From assembly GCF_009914755.1 (NCBI RefSeq), contig NC_060930.1: a DNA stretch of 64,000 bases; one strand, 5' to 3'. Position numbers and translations under genes: made by a program. Shown piece after piece: positions 12,735 to 30,836 of the stretch. The notes beneath the pieces are model-generated. The model did not search any database. It had not been told where the DNA came from and was given only the letters and a program-made list of their open reading frames with translations. Source of the DNA: the human T2T-CHM13v2.0 reference genome, Homo sapiens. Within the stretch, counting starts at the first letter, position 1. Each line of letters begins with the position of its first letter.

Positions 12735-13660
12735 CTAGTGTGCATCTCACATTTAATATAGCCAAAATAGAGAGTTGACATATTTTGTTCCCCCTGCCTA
12801 CCAGTCTTTCCCTAGCCATACACATCTCAATAAATGGCAGCATCACCCACCTACTTGCTAAAGTCAAAAAAACCCAGGCCTTTTCACTTCTTTATTCCAT
12901 TTTCTTTTCTGCTTCCACAATGAATTCACCACAAAGTTCTATCCTTTTTACTTCCCCAAATTTACCTGAACTTGCTAACCTTTTCTGCATCTCCATCTGC
13001 CACAATTTCTTTAAGGTACATGCATTGTTATTAAAAATGAAAAATGAATTGGAGACAGGCAAGAGGGACAGTGGTGGGACCATTTAGAAGATATTGCAAT
13101 GAACCAGGCAATAGATGTATATTGGTATCTCAGGAGAGATACTGAGGAGTGCTCCAATTTGGCTGTATTTTTAAAGTGGAGCCAATGGGGTTGCTGATGA
13201 CTTATCCACGAGCAGCTAGAAAGATAGAGTTGACATCAACTGAGAGGAGGAAAACAGTACAGAAAAGGGTGGCTCAGGGTTGTCTGGGGGAAGATCTAGA
13301 GTTCAACTTTTGACACGTTAAGTTTGAGATTCCATTAGACATCCAAAGGGAAATGTTAAGTAAGCAACTGACTATATGAATTTGAAGTGCAGAAGGAAGA
13401 CATTAGCTGAAATATAAATTTGAGAGTCCTTGGAATATAGAAGGTGTTTAAATCCAGAAGACTTGGTAAGATCCCCAAGGGAGTGAGTGTAGCTAGAGAA
13501 CGGAAAGACTAAAGACTGATCCATGGGGAGATTCCACTGTTATGAGGTCCAGGAGAATAGGAGAAACTGGCAGAGTAAACTTGGAAGACGTGGCCAACAG
13601 ACAACCTACGTGAGTGTGGTACCACGGAAACCAAGCGAAGAAACCGTTTCATAAAAGATA
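12735..13660. mobile_element. L2 fragments (plus ~12735-13000, minus ~13050-13660)
   Basis: CATCTCACATTTAATATAGCCAAA; GTTAAGTTTGAGAT...AGACATCCAA.GG. Confidence 0.65.
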
Positions 13661-14343
13661 AACGATTTTCATTCCCAATGCTCTCACTTCAGAGCTTCTG
13701 AGGATTTTTATGGAAGGACAATGGCTAGTTTGCATTCTCCAACAAAGGGTAAGTGAAAAATGCCACATTGGCCTATTCCAGTGTTTTTCATATATCCATT
13801 TATAACTAACTTTTTCCCTATGTGCCAAAAATATTCTTTTCTTGGTTGAAGAATGGAGAGACTGGCTACTATGTGCCAGAATTTCTGTAGAGGAGTGGCT
13901 TTGAAGTGCAGGGAGACCAAATTCCTTTATAATCCAGATATTCTCAACCTAGACATAGTTTTAGCAGCTCCAGTAGATTGAACTCAGATTGAGCAGAATC
14001 TGAGGGAGGGAAGATACTGATTCAGCACTGATTCGGCAGAAGAAAATATTTGCTAATCAAGCAGAATTGTCAACTGCTTCCCCAAAATGTAATGAGATTT
14101 ATCAGCACCCAAGCATTGAAACGTTGTGTCAAACTGAGTCTAAATAAACAGTCTTCAAAGTAGGATAAGAACTACAATGTCCACTGAGGTCAAGAAAGCA
14201 ATAGGAACACATTTCATCTTTTTTTAAAAAGAAAAATTGCTAACATTTAATAGAAGAGTTGAGGAATAGAGAATCCTCCTCTATGTCAGGAGTTGGAGAT
14301 ATCTTGAGGAACCTGTGACAGTTCTATAATACAGAAGAATATA

Positions 14344-16618
14344 AAGGCACATCTCATTTTATTGTGCTTTGCTTTATTGTGACTTTCTTTCTTTCTTCTT
14401 CTTTTTTTGTTTTTTTCAAATTGAAGGTTTGTGGCAACCTTGCATGGAACAAGTCTATAGGCTCCATTTTTCCAACAGCATGTGCTCACTTCGTGTCTCT
14501 GTCACATTTTGCTAATTTTTGCAATATTTCAAACTTTTTCATTTTCATAACATCTGTTATGGTAATCTGTAATCAGTGATTGCTGTTGTTACTATTGTAC
14601 TTATTTTAGGGTGCCATAAGTATGCCCATATAAGACAGCTAACTTAATTGATAAACATTGTATGTATTCTCCACTCCATCCACTGGCCAGTCTCCCATTT
14701 CTCTCCCTCTCTTTGGGCCTCCCTATTCCTTGAGATGCAACAATATTGAAATTAGGCCAATTAATAACCCTATAATGGCCTCTACATGTTCAAGTAAAAG
14801 GAAGGGTTGTACATCTCTCACTTTAAAAAACTAGAAATGATTAAGCTTAGTGAAAAAAGGCATGTTGAAAACCAAGATAGGTCAAAAGCTTGGCCTCTTG
14901 TGCCACGTTGTGAATGCAAAGGAAAAGTTATTGAAGAAAATTAAAAGTACTACTCCAGTGAACACCTAAATAAAGTGAAACAGCCTTATTACTGATATAA
15001 AAAACGTTTTAGTGGTCTGGAAAGAAGATCAAACCAGCCACAGCATTCCTTTAAGCCAAAGCCTAATATGGAGCAAGGCCCTAACTGTCTTCAGTTCTGT
15101 GAAGGCTGAGAGAGGTGGGAAAGCAGTAGAAGACAAGTTGGAAGCTAGCAGAGGTTGGTTCATGAGGCTGAAGGAAAGAAGCTGTCTCCATAACAAAAGT
15201 GCAAGGTGAAGCAGCAAGTGCTAACAGAGAAGCTACAGCAAGTCATCTAGAAGATCTATTATAGCTAATTTTGTTGATGAAGTCTATGCTAAAATACAGT
15301 TTTTCAATGAAGACAAAATAGCCTCATTTTGGAAGAAAATGCCATCTAGAACTTTCAGAGATAGAGAGAAGTCAATGCCTGGTTTTAAAGCTTCAAAGAC
15401 AGGCTGACTCTCTTGTTAGGAGCTATTGGCAGCTGATGACTTTAAGTGGAAGCCAATACTCATTAGCATTCTGAAAATCCTAGGGCTCTTAAGAATTATG
15501 GTAAATCTACTCTGCCTGTGCCACGAATGGAATAATGAAGCCTGGGTGACAGCATATCTGCTTACATGGCTTTCTGAATACTTTAAGCTCACTGTTGAGA
15601 CTTACTTCTCAGAAAAAAAAAGATTCCTTTCAAAATATTACTTCTCAGTGACAATGCACCTGGTCACTCAAAAGTTCTTATGGATATTTACAAGGAGATT
15701 AATATTTTCATGACTGCTAACACAACATCCATTCTTCAGCCCATGGAAAAAGGTGTCATTTCAACTTTCAAGTCTTGTTATTTAAGAAACACATTTTGTA
15801 AGGCTATAGCTACCATAGATAGTGATTCCTCTGATGGATCTGAGCAAAGTAAATTGAAAACCTTCTGGAAAGGAGTCACCATTCTAGATGCCATTAAGAA
15901 TATTTGTGAATCATAGGAAGAGGTCAATATTAATAGGAGTTCGGACGAAGCTGATTCCAATCCTCATAGATAACTTTGAGGGGTTCAAGCCTTCAGTGGA
16001 GGAAGTATGAGGAAGTAACTGCAGATGTGGTGGAATAGCAACAGAACTGGAATTCATAGTGGAGCCTGAAAACAAAATTGAATTGCTATAATCTCATGAT
16101 AAAACTTTCACAAGATGAGTTGCTTCTTACAAATAGCAAAAAGTGGTTTCTTGAGATGGAAACTACTGCTGGTGAAGATGTTGTGAACATTGGTGAAATT
16201 AGAACAAAGTATTTAGAATATTACATAAACTTAGTTAATAAAGTAGTGGTAGGGTTTGAGAGAACTGACTCCAATTTTGAAAGAAGTTCTACTGTGAGGA
16301 AAATGCTGTCAAAGAGCATTGCATGCTACATGGAAATCTTTCATGAAAGAAAGAGTCAACTGATATGGCAAACTTCATTGTCATCTTATTTTAAGAAATT
16401 GCCACAGCCACCCCAACCTTCAGCAACCACCATCCTGATCTGTCAGCAGCCATCAACATCAAAGCAAGACCTTCCACCAGCAAAAAGATTACAACTCATT
16501 GTGTACTATAAACATAACTTTTATATGCATTGGGAAACCAAAAAATTTGCGTGTCTCAGTTTATTCTAATATTCACTTTATTGTGAACTGAACATACAAT
16601 ATCTCTGAGGTATGCCTG
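14344..16618 (+). mobile_element. Near full-length decayed Tigger1 (pogo-like) DNA transposon in FAM162B intron 3
   Basis: Tigger1 start (AGGCACATCTCATTTTATTG..TTGAAGGTTTGTGGCAACC) and end (CAATATCTCTGAGGTATGCCTG); broken transposase pieces, e.g. ORF 15680..15916 [18 protein letters not shown] and ORF 15012..15209 [14 protein letters not shown]. Confidence 0.93.
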
Positions 16619-17167
16619 TTTTCATTCATTTCAATACCATTAGAATAGATATTAATAAATAAGAATGGTTTCTTTTTTGGCCAGAAAATTACATGGCGTC
16701 TTTAAATACTTATATGGATAATTTTGTAAGCTTAAATAAAGTCTCTAAACAATTTATGGGGTTTTGAATCCATTTGGCACAAAATTCAAAACTACTATAT
16801 CTTCCAATTATTTTGCAAGAATAAAATAGCTGAAGAACATCAGGGAGGGTAAGAAATTACTGGGCATATTTCAACAAAAGCTTTGGCATAGTTGGTGGAT
16901 AAAATTAAGTATTAGCACCACCATTTAGTAATCACAGCTAAAGAGGTATTTCTTTTACTGGATCTATGTATCAATATGTGTCTTATTTTCAGTTACAATA
17001 TTATAATGAATATAAAATCGCAAAATTGTAGATAATAATAAAGCATTTCAGTTGTATTGTTACTATATGAAAATATGTTAAATATATAATACGGTATATG
17101 TCATACATGTTAATAAAATTTTAGGGAAAATGTTTTTGTGTCATTCACAAACAAAGTACAATTTATT

Positions 17168-18040
<873 letters not shown>

Positions 18041-18059
18041 TAGACTTCTTTTCCTGTGT

Positions 18060-19309
<1,250 letters not shown>

Positions 19310-19369
19310 TGATCTTTATTTTCACTGGGTTTTGAATAAAGAGGAGAGTGAAAATTTTTAAATCTTGTC

Positions 19370-19870
19370 ACTATCTTGCTTAAAACTCTATACTGGATCC
19401 CCAATGTATTTTTAAAAACCTGAACTATTTGCAGTGATCCATAGGCCTGACACTATCTGGACTCTCCCTGTCTCATACCATCTTCTCTTTGCTCATTATA
19501 CTCCATCCACACTAGCTCCTTTTTGTTTCTTAACACACCAGACCCTTTCTCACCTCTAAGCTTTGCACATGCTGTTCTTTCCTTCCCCCGGTCTTCTCAT
19601 GGCTAGCTTATTCTCATCCTCCTCAGAGAGGACGTCCCTGACCACTCCATCAAAAATGGCCTCTCCTGGGGTGTTACTATTTTATCATCCTGTTCCTTTC
19701 CTTCATTGCACTAAGAATTCCTCAGATCTTTTTAGTTTATGTGTTTACTTGATCACTCTCCATTTTCCCTACTACAAAATACCTGTCTTTTAATTCCATG
19801 ATATTCTAATAACTACATGCAGAGTGCCTGGCATGTCTCAGGTGCTCAAAAGTATTTAGTGTATTAATGA
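19370..19870 (+). mobile_element. L2 3' end
   Basis: CTTTGCACATGCTGTTC; CCTCCTCAGAGAGG; AGAGTGCCTGGCA...GGTGCTCAA. Confidence 0.7.
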
Positions 19871-21309
19871 TTTAAAATCAGTGTTTGCTATCACACTTTT
19901 GGAGAAGAGGAAACAGAGCAATAACTGGTGCTACACATAAAACTCAATTCTCAGTTGCTACTTTTTGTGTCAGATTCACACAGAGAAAATCCCTGGCTAT
20001 TGATTTATAATAGAATTATATTTGAAATATGGAATTTTAACAGGAAATGAAAAAACCTTTCCTTCAAATCATATGTGTTGAAAATAAAATGATGACATCA
20101 GTAGATCTCTAATATGCCAACTTGCTGATAAAATATATATTAAGTTTAATTGGTCTTAATGTCTCATTTGGAAACTTGTGATTATGATTTAAAAACATTA
20201 AAGTGCCATTATAAATAAATTATTAGAGGGTGATTCTAAGTAAACAAATTGTCTAATTAATGTTTATCTTTTTGATGTAGATGAGGCAATACACTAATCA
20301 TCAAAATATTCCTAGAAACTAGAGAATCATCAATTTGGCAGGCAGTCATTTAACGTTAGGTTAAAAACAAAATATTATCAAAGTTATTTATTTACATGCT
20401 TGAGTGTTCAGTCCAGTAAACATTTCAAAATTTCTCATTTGGTGAGAACAATTTCAAAGCATAGATTTTTTCCATGCTAATAGGAATGAAAGGACATTTA
20501 TATAATATCAGTAGGCTTGTAAGTCCTAATCCCTGTGTGAAGTTAGTGGGCTCAGACACACTTGGGCACCTGAGGAGTAAAGGACAGAATCACAGAATTG
20601 GGCAGAATGGTAATTAGCTAAATACGCCCAGAGAGTGAGGATGTATGGAGCCAAGCAAACTATTCTGAATGATACGTATGCACTATTGAAACCCAGTGTT
20701 CACAACCAAAAATGTTATAATCCAGCTCTAATGGCTTCAGTTGCAGGTGCCACGATGAGGAGGGGCACTGTTAAAACTGGAGTGTATTGAGAGGACAGCT
20801 CAAAGGTAGAAGGAAGTTGTTAGAGTGGTTAAAACTGAAGAAGCAAATACTCATAGGTATGTGTTAGAAATGTCAAAATACTTGTGGGGCTGCTCTTTGT
20901 GGTAAAAAGTGACCAGTAGATGGAAGGATTTTGGGAGGCAGAAAACAAAATTAGAGGGTAGTCAGCTCTTAATTTCTCACTAGAGGTATTAAACAGAAAC
21001 CATACATTGAGAAAGGCAAGGAAAGGGCTGACATAAAGGATCCAGACAAACTAGAATACCTTGGCAATCACTTCCAAGCTCTGCATTTCTAACTAGTTCA
21101 TACTTCTGTGCAATAGCTAATTGAGTTCCTGATTTAATGAATGATCTAGTCTGGATAACTTTCAACAACAAAGTTCTCCGTCTTCTGCAGATTTTAACCA
21201 CGGTGTAAATTGTTTTGTTTATAAGTTAAAACAAGCATTTGTCCCTCCTGGCCATATAGTGTTAATTTGTTGACTCAAATTTCCATGAACAAATTTATCT
21301 CCAGTATTT

Positions 21310-21436
21310 TTTATATATATATATACACATATATATACATATATATACACTTATATATATACTTATATATATACTTATATATACATATATACATATATAA
21401 ATACTTATATATATACTTGTATATATACTTATATAT

Positions 21437-21470
<34 letters not shown>
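21310..21470. repeat. Complex (TA)n/(CA)n microsatellite with TATATATACT units
   Basis: Read directly. Confidence 0.93.
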
Positions 21471-21558
21471 GACTTCAAGTCTCAAAGACAAAATTGTTCT
21501 TATATTAAAAAACAGCAGTAATCCTGAATCGAGAACAATGTCCATGACATTTCTTAAA

Positions 21559-21937
<379 letters not shown>

Positions 21938-24848
21938 CTAGCTAGTTATTTTTACCAATTTCAAATTAACAAGTATTTATTCAGATCTTAAATTAATGTT
22001 AGCCATTATGAAACCACTGTATAGAATATTAGTTTCTAATTCCTCAAAATATAACTACTAGAGATGCTAACTTGACTCTCCATTGTTTTTATTCACTAAG
22101 TGGGGTAAAGGAAGAGTTAAAGCATATGTATGTTGATGACTTGCAATTATTTAGCCTCTTTGTAAAGTAGGCTTTGTTTTCCATTTGAACAGTTTTTTTT
22201 TTAAAACTCATTTTTATCATTTTGTTTTTTTCACTCGCCTCCCAATCTCTTGTCCCTTCACATGCTACCCCCAAAAGACACACTATTATCCAGCTTGTGA
22301 GAATGTCTGTTAGAAAAATGTTTCCTTCATGGCTTTTGCAATAATTTTTTGTTAAACGTGATCAAAATCACAATAATTTGCCGAGGAAAAAGATAAAAGA
22401 GACCTTCATTTTAATGTTATTATTATACTGAAATTTGATATACTTAAATTCTAAATATTCATTCATAGTTTTATGCATGTTGTCCAAGATTTTAATAATA
22501 CTACTTACAAAGTAGTAATACAAAAGGCATCATGCCTGTGGGACTTTTACGTTGAAATAAACTTTAACAATTTTCAATGATATGAAGTGGCAGATTATAA
22601 ATATGCATATTTAAAGAATTTCATTCATTATAATATATTCATTGGTATTCTTTCCTCTCTATGTGCAGTTTAAATAGAGTGTAGTTACATTGAAAAAAAA
22701 AATCCAGAAAGACAAAGTTGCATTTTCTCTTAAAAACAGAAAACTTTTTAAATTTTCCACTGGTTAAAAGACTACAGAAAACTCCTATCTAGCCTATTTT
22801 CTTTAGATTTTAGGCAGAGTGATGTAAGTTTTAAGATGTTAGTTGCAAACAGGTCCAATTAGTGAGTATGGAGAAATTATTAGATTATATTTGCTGCTAA
22901 CTTTTGTTCCAGATGGAACCTAGAAGCTCTGATCTTTTTTACCCAGCCATTTGGCTTTAATCTATTATAACAAATTAGTTTAGCACTGAGAAAAACAAGA
23001 CAAAGTACAGTTATTATTAAACACAATTAGTGTATGATACAAAAATTATAGGTCACTTGTTCATTATATGTCCATTAAAAGGTAAAAGCTGTTTACATTG
23101 TAAGTGTGACACTTAGCTTAACAGGAATATCTCTCTTAAATAGTAATGCTTAAAAAGTTATAGAAAAATAATAAAATGAAAAATACTCAAATACTTTTAT
23201 GTTTCCAATGCAAAACTGCAATGCTTTTTATAGGCATCCTGTTCTTAGTGAAATGCTCCTGTTTATAATACATCTTTTGACTATGATCTTGGGGAAATTA
23301 CATTATTTCTGTAAAATGAGTCTGTTCACAAATACAGCTATGTTAAATGCAATACTGGGCATAGGTTTTCTTGACAAACAATATGCAATAATGTTGGTTC
23401 TTTACACTCTTGATTACTTGGTTAGGCCACTAGAAATAAAAATTCAAACCAATTGAGGGTGGTGGCTTATTTATTTTAATTTTTTTTTTTTTTTTTACTT
23501 CTTTGGCATTTATAGTATTAAATTTTCAGGCATCAATTAAAATTTGATAACCAGAGCTTATGATGATAAAGACTTTTCTGAGGCTAACTTTTGCTTTCAG
23601 CTAAGTCTGTAGTTTGGAGTCTATAGATCTCGAGGAAAAATAATCTTAGAAAGTGCCTCTGTAGTTGAATAAATACTGAAAACGGATTCAAATGCAGTGT
23701 TATTTCAAATTCCATGTCCATTTCTCATTTGGTGACTTGCTCCAATAAAAGAACGAAAATGCTTCAGAATTCATTACTGAGTGTACATTTCCTGCCATGT
23801 TCTCCCACCCCACCCCCTAGCTATCTGAGATGCTTTGGTAACTGATAAACTGCAATTGTTTATAAACAATAACATGGCAGGCACCATGTGAAAAACAGAA
23901 ATATAGGCCCAGTTTCCATTATCCATTCTAATAGGCATTCATTACATTGTACAAATATACAGAATATCTAAAATCCTTCTTTCACGTTATGGTTTTAGTC
24001 TTTTATTTTTAAAAGATAAACTTAAAAAGTAGTAGATTGATTTTATTTTTAGTTTCCGTCCCTCTCTTTTTTACCCAATCCCTTGTAAAAATGCTGCGAA
24101 GGTTTTTGGGCTTGGCAGAAACAGAAACTTTGGAAAGATTTTTTTACAGGTTACATTTACTTATTATTAGCATTTATTTTACAGGTTACATTACCTTAGA
24201 GGGGGAGTTATTAGTTTGAGTTTTATCATCTGTCTTGGTGGGTTTAGCATGCTGAAGAGGCCCACAGTGCTGACACTCCCGCGCGTCCCACCCTGAGTAA
24301 ACCCGGAGCCTAGAGGGCTGCAGAAACACGTCCGCCAGGCGTCTCCTGCCCCAGAAGAGGAGGCCGCATGGATGCGTCTTTTTTCCAGAGACCCCCCCGC
24401 CACAGCCGCCCCGCAAGCCAAGATCAGAGAACCCCTTCCTTGGGTGGGGTAGGGGGACGCCCCCGGCCAAAGCCTGGATTGCGGTCTGGCGTCCCGGCAG
24501 CCATCCGGATGCTCGCGAGGACCGTGGCCTGTTTGGCACAAGAGCCCCACTGCCTCCCAGTTCGGAGCTTGCTGGGGACCGGCAATCTGGGCGGTGCTGG
24601 AAGTGTCCCCTGAACCTCTCAGTTTTCACCCACCTTCTGCAATCTCCCTGTAAGCTTAATTGACTCTTGACACACCGCACTGGAGGCGGGGTGTGTGTGT
24701 GGGTAAACTCCGTGTGTGGTGGGTGATATTGCGAAGTGTTGGCACTGCGGCCGCTTTCGCTCCTAGGTGGCCGCGGTCGGAAGGTGGGTCACCCCGCACC
24801 CTTGCGGCCGGGGACCGACTCTCCTTCGCGCGGCGGTCGCCACACTTA

Positions 24849-25420
<572 letters not shown>

Positions 25421-25850
25421 TCAGCTCGCTATCCCCGTCTCCGCCCCCGGCCAGCGACCCGGGATCAGGGCGTCAAGCCCCGAGGGGCTGGTTCCTCAGG
25501 AAGCAGCCTGCCTCTGTTTGAAACAGGCTCACCACCGCCTGAGGCAGTGCGTGTAGCTCCTTTTAAATTCTTTGTATTGAGTAGAAATGTATTCCCGCCA
25601 GGCTTTTAGCCTTTGATTCCATCGTTTGTTCCCCAGGAGAATAAATCTAAATCCTCTCTTCCAGGAAGAGACAACAATCCTTCAAGTGCAGGAAACTGAA
25701 GACATTTCCCAATTAAGTGTTAAGGGCACTCCACTAACTTCTGGATGAGATTTCTTGAAGTTAGCTCCTCACCTCATCGTCTCCCACCCCCATACCTTTT
25801 CTCTTTCCTACGGAAAACAATCTCAATTCCTCCAAGTGCCTTTCTCTATC

Positions 25851-26145
25851 TTTTCTTCTTCTTTTCAGAGACAGTCTCTGGCTCTGTCACTCAGGCTAAA
25901 GTGCAGTGGCATGCTGATAGCTCATTGTAACGTCGAACTCCTGGACTCAAGTAGTCCTCCCACCTTAGCCTCCAGAGTAGCTAGGGCTTTGGTCGTGCGC
26001 CAGCACGCTCCGCTATTTTTTTTTTTTTTAAGAGATGGGATCTCACTATGTTGTCCAGACTGGTCTCCAACTCCTGGCCTCAAGCTATCAGCTGGGCTCT
26101 GCCTCCCAAAGCACTGGGATTACACGTATGAGCCGCCATGCCAGC
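25851..26145 (-). mobile_element. AluJ-type SINE
   Basis: Diverged Alu dimer. Confidence 0.88.
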
Positions 26146-26609
26146 TTCCTACCTCTTCATCTCTTAGCCCACAAACTCTCCACACTCCCTTCAAAATGTG
26201 CCTTTCTTCTGTCACCTTCCACCATCTCCTCTATGCTAAAAGGTAAAAGAATCTACTATTTTCAGGCATTAAATGGTAACAGGGATTCAGATTCAATGAT
26301 TGGAGAGAAGGGTTGTACAAGCAATTTACTTATCTTGTTCCACAGACAACAGACCTCCTGCCAAGTCAAAGTGCTCATCAGCCCAGCACCAGGCCGAGCT
26401 CACCCTCCTCTGCTATTACTGCCTGTGAGTTTCCCTCCTTATCTAGACACTGCTTTGCACTTGTTGGATTTCTAGATATTTTGCTTCCTAACTAGACTGT
26501 CAGGCTCTTGAAAGCTATAACTTTTCTGTAACTGCCAGCTCAGTTTTTTTTTCTTTTTACATAACCGTGTTAAACAAAAAAAGAGGGGTTAATAGCTCTG
26601 TGAAGACAT

Positions 26610-27340
26610 ACATTTAGAGGAGCGCTTGCAGAAGGAACATGGGCTTTGCCTTCACACCTAGGTTTAAATCCCGGATTTGTGACTTAAAAGTTGCACAATC
26701 ATGAGCAGTAAATCATTTAAGTTATAAGTCTTGGTCTCTTTTGTAAAACCAGAATTCCTATCTTTTAGGTTTATTCATGCAATGACTACCAGTAACCAGC
26801 TACGTGCCAGCTACCTCTCAGAGCTGGGGATGGAGCAGTGATGACATCAGGTGAAGATGAAGAAAAATAAAACAAGGTGAAAAAGAATAAGCAGGAGTAG
26901 AGTGAGAAGATATTTAGAAACCATGGTTAGCAATGTCCTTCTAAATGTGCCTGGTGTGTAATAATACTTCAGAAGATAATGATTTCTTTCCCCGTCACAT
27001 TCTTTAGTCCCAAAACACAAGGGCATTTTAATTTATGAAATCTCCTGTGGGGAACTAGGAGCTCCCTGACCTTCAGGAGTTGTGATTATATTCCCAAGAT
27101 ATAGCTGAAAAATTGGCACTTAGTAGATATTTAATAAGTATTTGTTAAATAAATGAATAGATGAATACAAGTCTTCGAAAACAGAATAGTCTGCACCTAG
27201 GCTAGTTTACGAAAAGACTGAGATGCTTGAGGACATTCTATGTCCTTTTAAACTTCATACTTTCAGTGTCTATCATGTTGCTTACCACATAGCGGTCTCC
27301 AAATAAGTGTTTATAAAACTCAACTGAATGAATTCCTGCC
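26610..27340. mobile_element. MIR and L2 fragments
   Basis: CCTAGGTTTAAATCCCGG (MIR core); GGCACTTAGTAGATATTTAATAAGTATTTGTTAAATAAATGAAT (L2 tail). Confidence 0.55.
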
Positions 27341-27825
27341 TGAGAAAGTATGTTGCCATAGCTAATATTGCTCCAGCATTATGGTACTTGAAGATTCTTG
27401 CATTATTTAAATGTGGTTTTTTCTATTAGTATTTTATTTGTCTTCACATCACTGAGAGGGAGTATCCATAGAGCTAGAGAAAGCCATCACTGAGAAACAA
27501 CCAATCGTTAATAATTCACTAAGAAATATTAAACAAGGGAAATAAGTTTATTTCCCTGGAGGGAATCAAATGTCATAAATATACACAGGATTTTCTATTT
27601 CGAGCTTCTCCAGTATTGCAGAACTACAGGTCAACAGAATAAGCTCAAGTCATGAGAGAAAGAACAATTTGCTGTTCTCTATTCCTGATGGGATTAAAAT
27701 ATCACTATTTGGCAGTAGTCTACATAAATAAATTACTTACAGCTGCATTAGAGATTTTTTTCAGTTCTATAATTAGAACAAGTAAAAAAAAATTTGAATA
27801 AACTTTTAATATAATAATACAGTAA

Positions 27826-28173
<348 letters not shown>

Positions 28174-29169
28174 AGCACATTTATTCACTGAACAAATATT
28201 GACTGAGTGCTTCCTATGTGCTGGATACTGTTTTATTTCTGAGATTATAGCAGGTAACCAAACAAAAATCTCTGTTCATTACAGAGCTTATTAATCCATG
28301 CAGTTTTCGTTTACTCACTGTGTTCTATGTTATTTTTCATTTCAAAGATTCATGTAATTTGCAGTTTGTTTGAACATATGATTGTCAGTATTTTTCCTTC
28401 AAGCCTTGTTTTTGATTAGAATGGCTCACATTTTCCTTTTCTATAGCTAATGTAGTTACTTAAGATACACTGTTATAACTAGGACTAGATTTTAAATAAA
28501 GTAATTCCATAAACACTGCAGAGTGTAGGTAATTTTTTTTTCTTAGTTGGAAGCTGTGTGCTTCTTGCTGGACTAAAGCAGAGGATGCAAAGATAGAGCT
28601 GCAGAGCTGCCCCCAGGAGCTCTCAGTCTGGCTGGGATGAGGTTCCCTCATCAGGAAATGACCCGCTCCCAAAGGAAGGCCTGAGCGGGACCTTAACTAA
28701 CTTGTTTTTCAATCCCCTGCTAGTCTTTCTGTAAGGAAAGTGCTAAAGTGACAGTTTAGACTCAGCTCACAGGGGTTTCCAGTGCTTGGGGTAACCTTAT
28801 TAAGTGGGTGGTCCAAATGAGGGCCCGATTATTCATTAGGCACTAAGCATACGCTTAGGACACCAGCAACAGGAAGGGCACTGAAAACATGAGGGAGCGT
28901 TTTGAAATTATTCTGAAATTTGGAATTAAAACAACAACAACAACAAAAAAACAAAAAACAAACAAACAAAATCCTCACGGGAGCACCAGAAATTTGTAAA
29001 ATGTCCTCACACTTGTTTTCTAAATATGTATTTACATAGGGGTTGATGAAGGCCATAACATTTTCAGCACTGAGGATGCCAAAGGTCTTAATTTGGCCTG
29101 GGTTCTTAGGGTCAGAGCTGATGATAACATCAAAACTTGTTCTGGTTGTAATCTTTTTTTTAAAAAAAA

Positions 29170-30050
29170 CAAACCATAAATCAAATCATCTGTTTATCCT
29201 GGCAAAACATTCCAGTGGTTCCAAGCACATTGTGCTTAGAATAAAATGGAAACTCTTTACCAGGGTCTACAGGGCCCTGTATGATCTGGACCTGCCTACC
29301 TCTCCAAGCTCAACTCCAGCCACTGTCTCTTTTCTATATGGTCCAGTCACATGCATCTCCTTTGACTTTCTCAAATAGGGAAAGCTTGCTCTCATGTCAG
29401 GGTCTTTGCATTGCCTTTCAGCTCACATGCTCACCTCTTCCTCACTTATTTTTATTTTTTATTTTTTGAGACAGAGTCTCTCTTTGTCGCCCAGACTGGA
29501 GTGCAGTGGCGCAGTCTCGGCTCACTGCAACCTCTGCCTCCTGGGTTCAAGCAATTCTCCTGCGTCAGCGTTCTGAGCAGCTGGGGCTACAGATGCGTGC
29601 CACCATGCCCAGCTAAGTTTTGTATTTTTAGTAGAGATGGAGTTTCACTATGTTGGCCAGGATGGTCTAAATCTCTTGATCTCGTGATCCGCCTGCCTCG
29701 GCCTCCCAAAGTGCTGGGATTACAGGTGTGAGCCACCACGCCCGGCCATCTTCCTCATTTTTTAGGTCTCAGTATAGCTGTCACCACCTCCTAGAGGCCT
29801 TTCCTGTCCAACCTAGCAAAAGTTGCCCCACCCCTCCTCCCACCCTCTATTTCATTACCTTGTTTTCTCCTTGGCAATTGCCATTCTCTGTGTGTTTGCA
29901 TACATGCTCTGTCTCGGAATGCAGTCTCCATGACCAGGGAAACCCTGATGGTCTTGGGGCATCACTATATGATGGTCAGGATATAGCACAGTACCTAGCA
30001 CATTTGCAGATTCTCAAATATGTATTGGATAAAGGAATGGATGGATGACA
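29170..30050 (+). mobile_element. L2 3' portion interrupted by an Alu
   Basis: CTTAGAATAAAAT.GAAACTCTTTACCA..G.CTACA.GGCCCTG.ATGATCTGG; AGCACAGTACCTAGCACA. Confidence 0.7.
29447..29747 (-). mobile_element. AluSc-like SINE
   Basis: CCAGGATGGTCT..ATCTCTTGA.CTCGTGATCCGCC diagnostic. Confidence 0.92.
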
Positions 30051-30410
30051 GATATTGCCTGATCTCATTCCAACAAAGCTCTCAAAAAAGAAGCATATTT
30101 TTAACTGTGTCTGTTTTTGTCTTTTCCTGTTTATACCTCAGCCCTTGGTGGTCTGGCTCTTTACCCTATAGTTCTGCTCAAAATGAGATATCAAGGAAGA
30201 TCAATGAGCTCTACTTACAGGTTTTCATGTTACTCCTCTTGATTCCCAGTTTTATTTTTGTAGTTCAGTCTTTTATTACCTCTCAACCATCCTATTATAA
30301 TGACCTCCAAAGTATTTTCCCCAGTTCTGGTTAATTCTTTCTCCAATCCTTCCTTTGCATAGCCTGCAGAGAGCTTTCTAAAACATGGTTGTAATCATGC
30401 AAAACTTTCA

Positions 30411-30836
<426 letters not shown>

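Noticed and set aside
13983-14004. CTCAGATT-GAGCAG-AATCTGAG 8-bp hairpin
   Set aside because: Too short to exceed chance expectation in 64 kb; no RNA-gene context.
15012-16569. Transposase ORFs as a domesticated TIGD-like gene
   Set aside because: Multiple frameshifts and stops; no intact DDE ORF; a decayed Tigger1.
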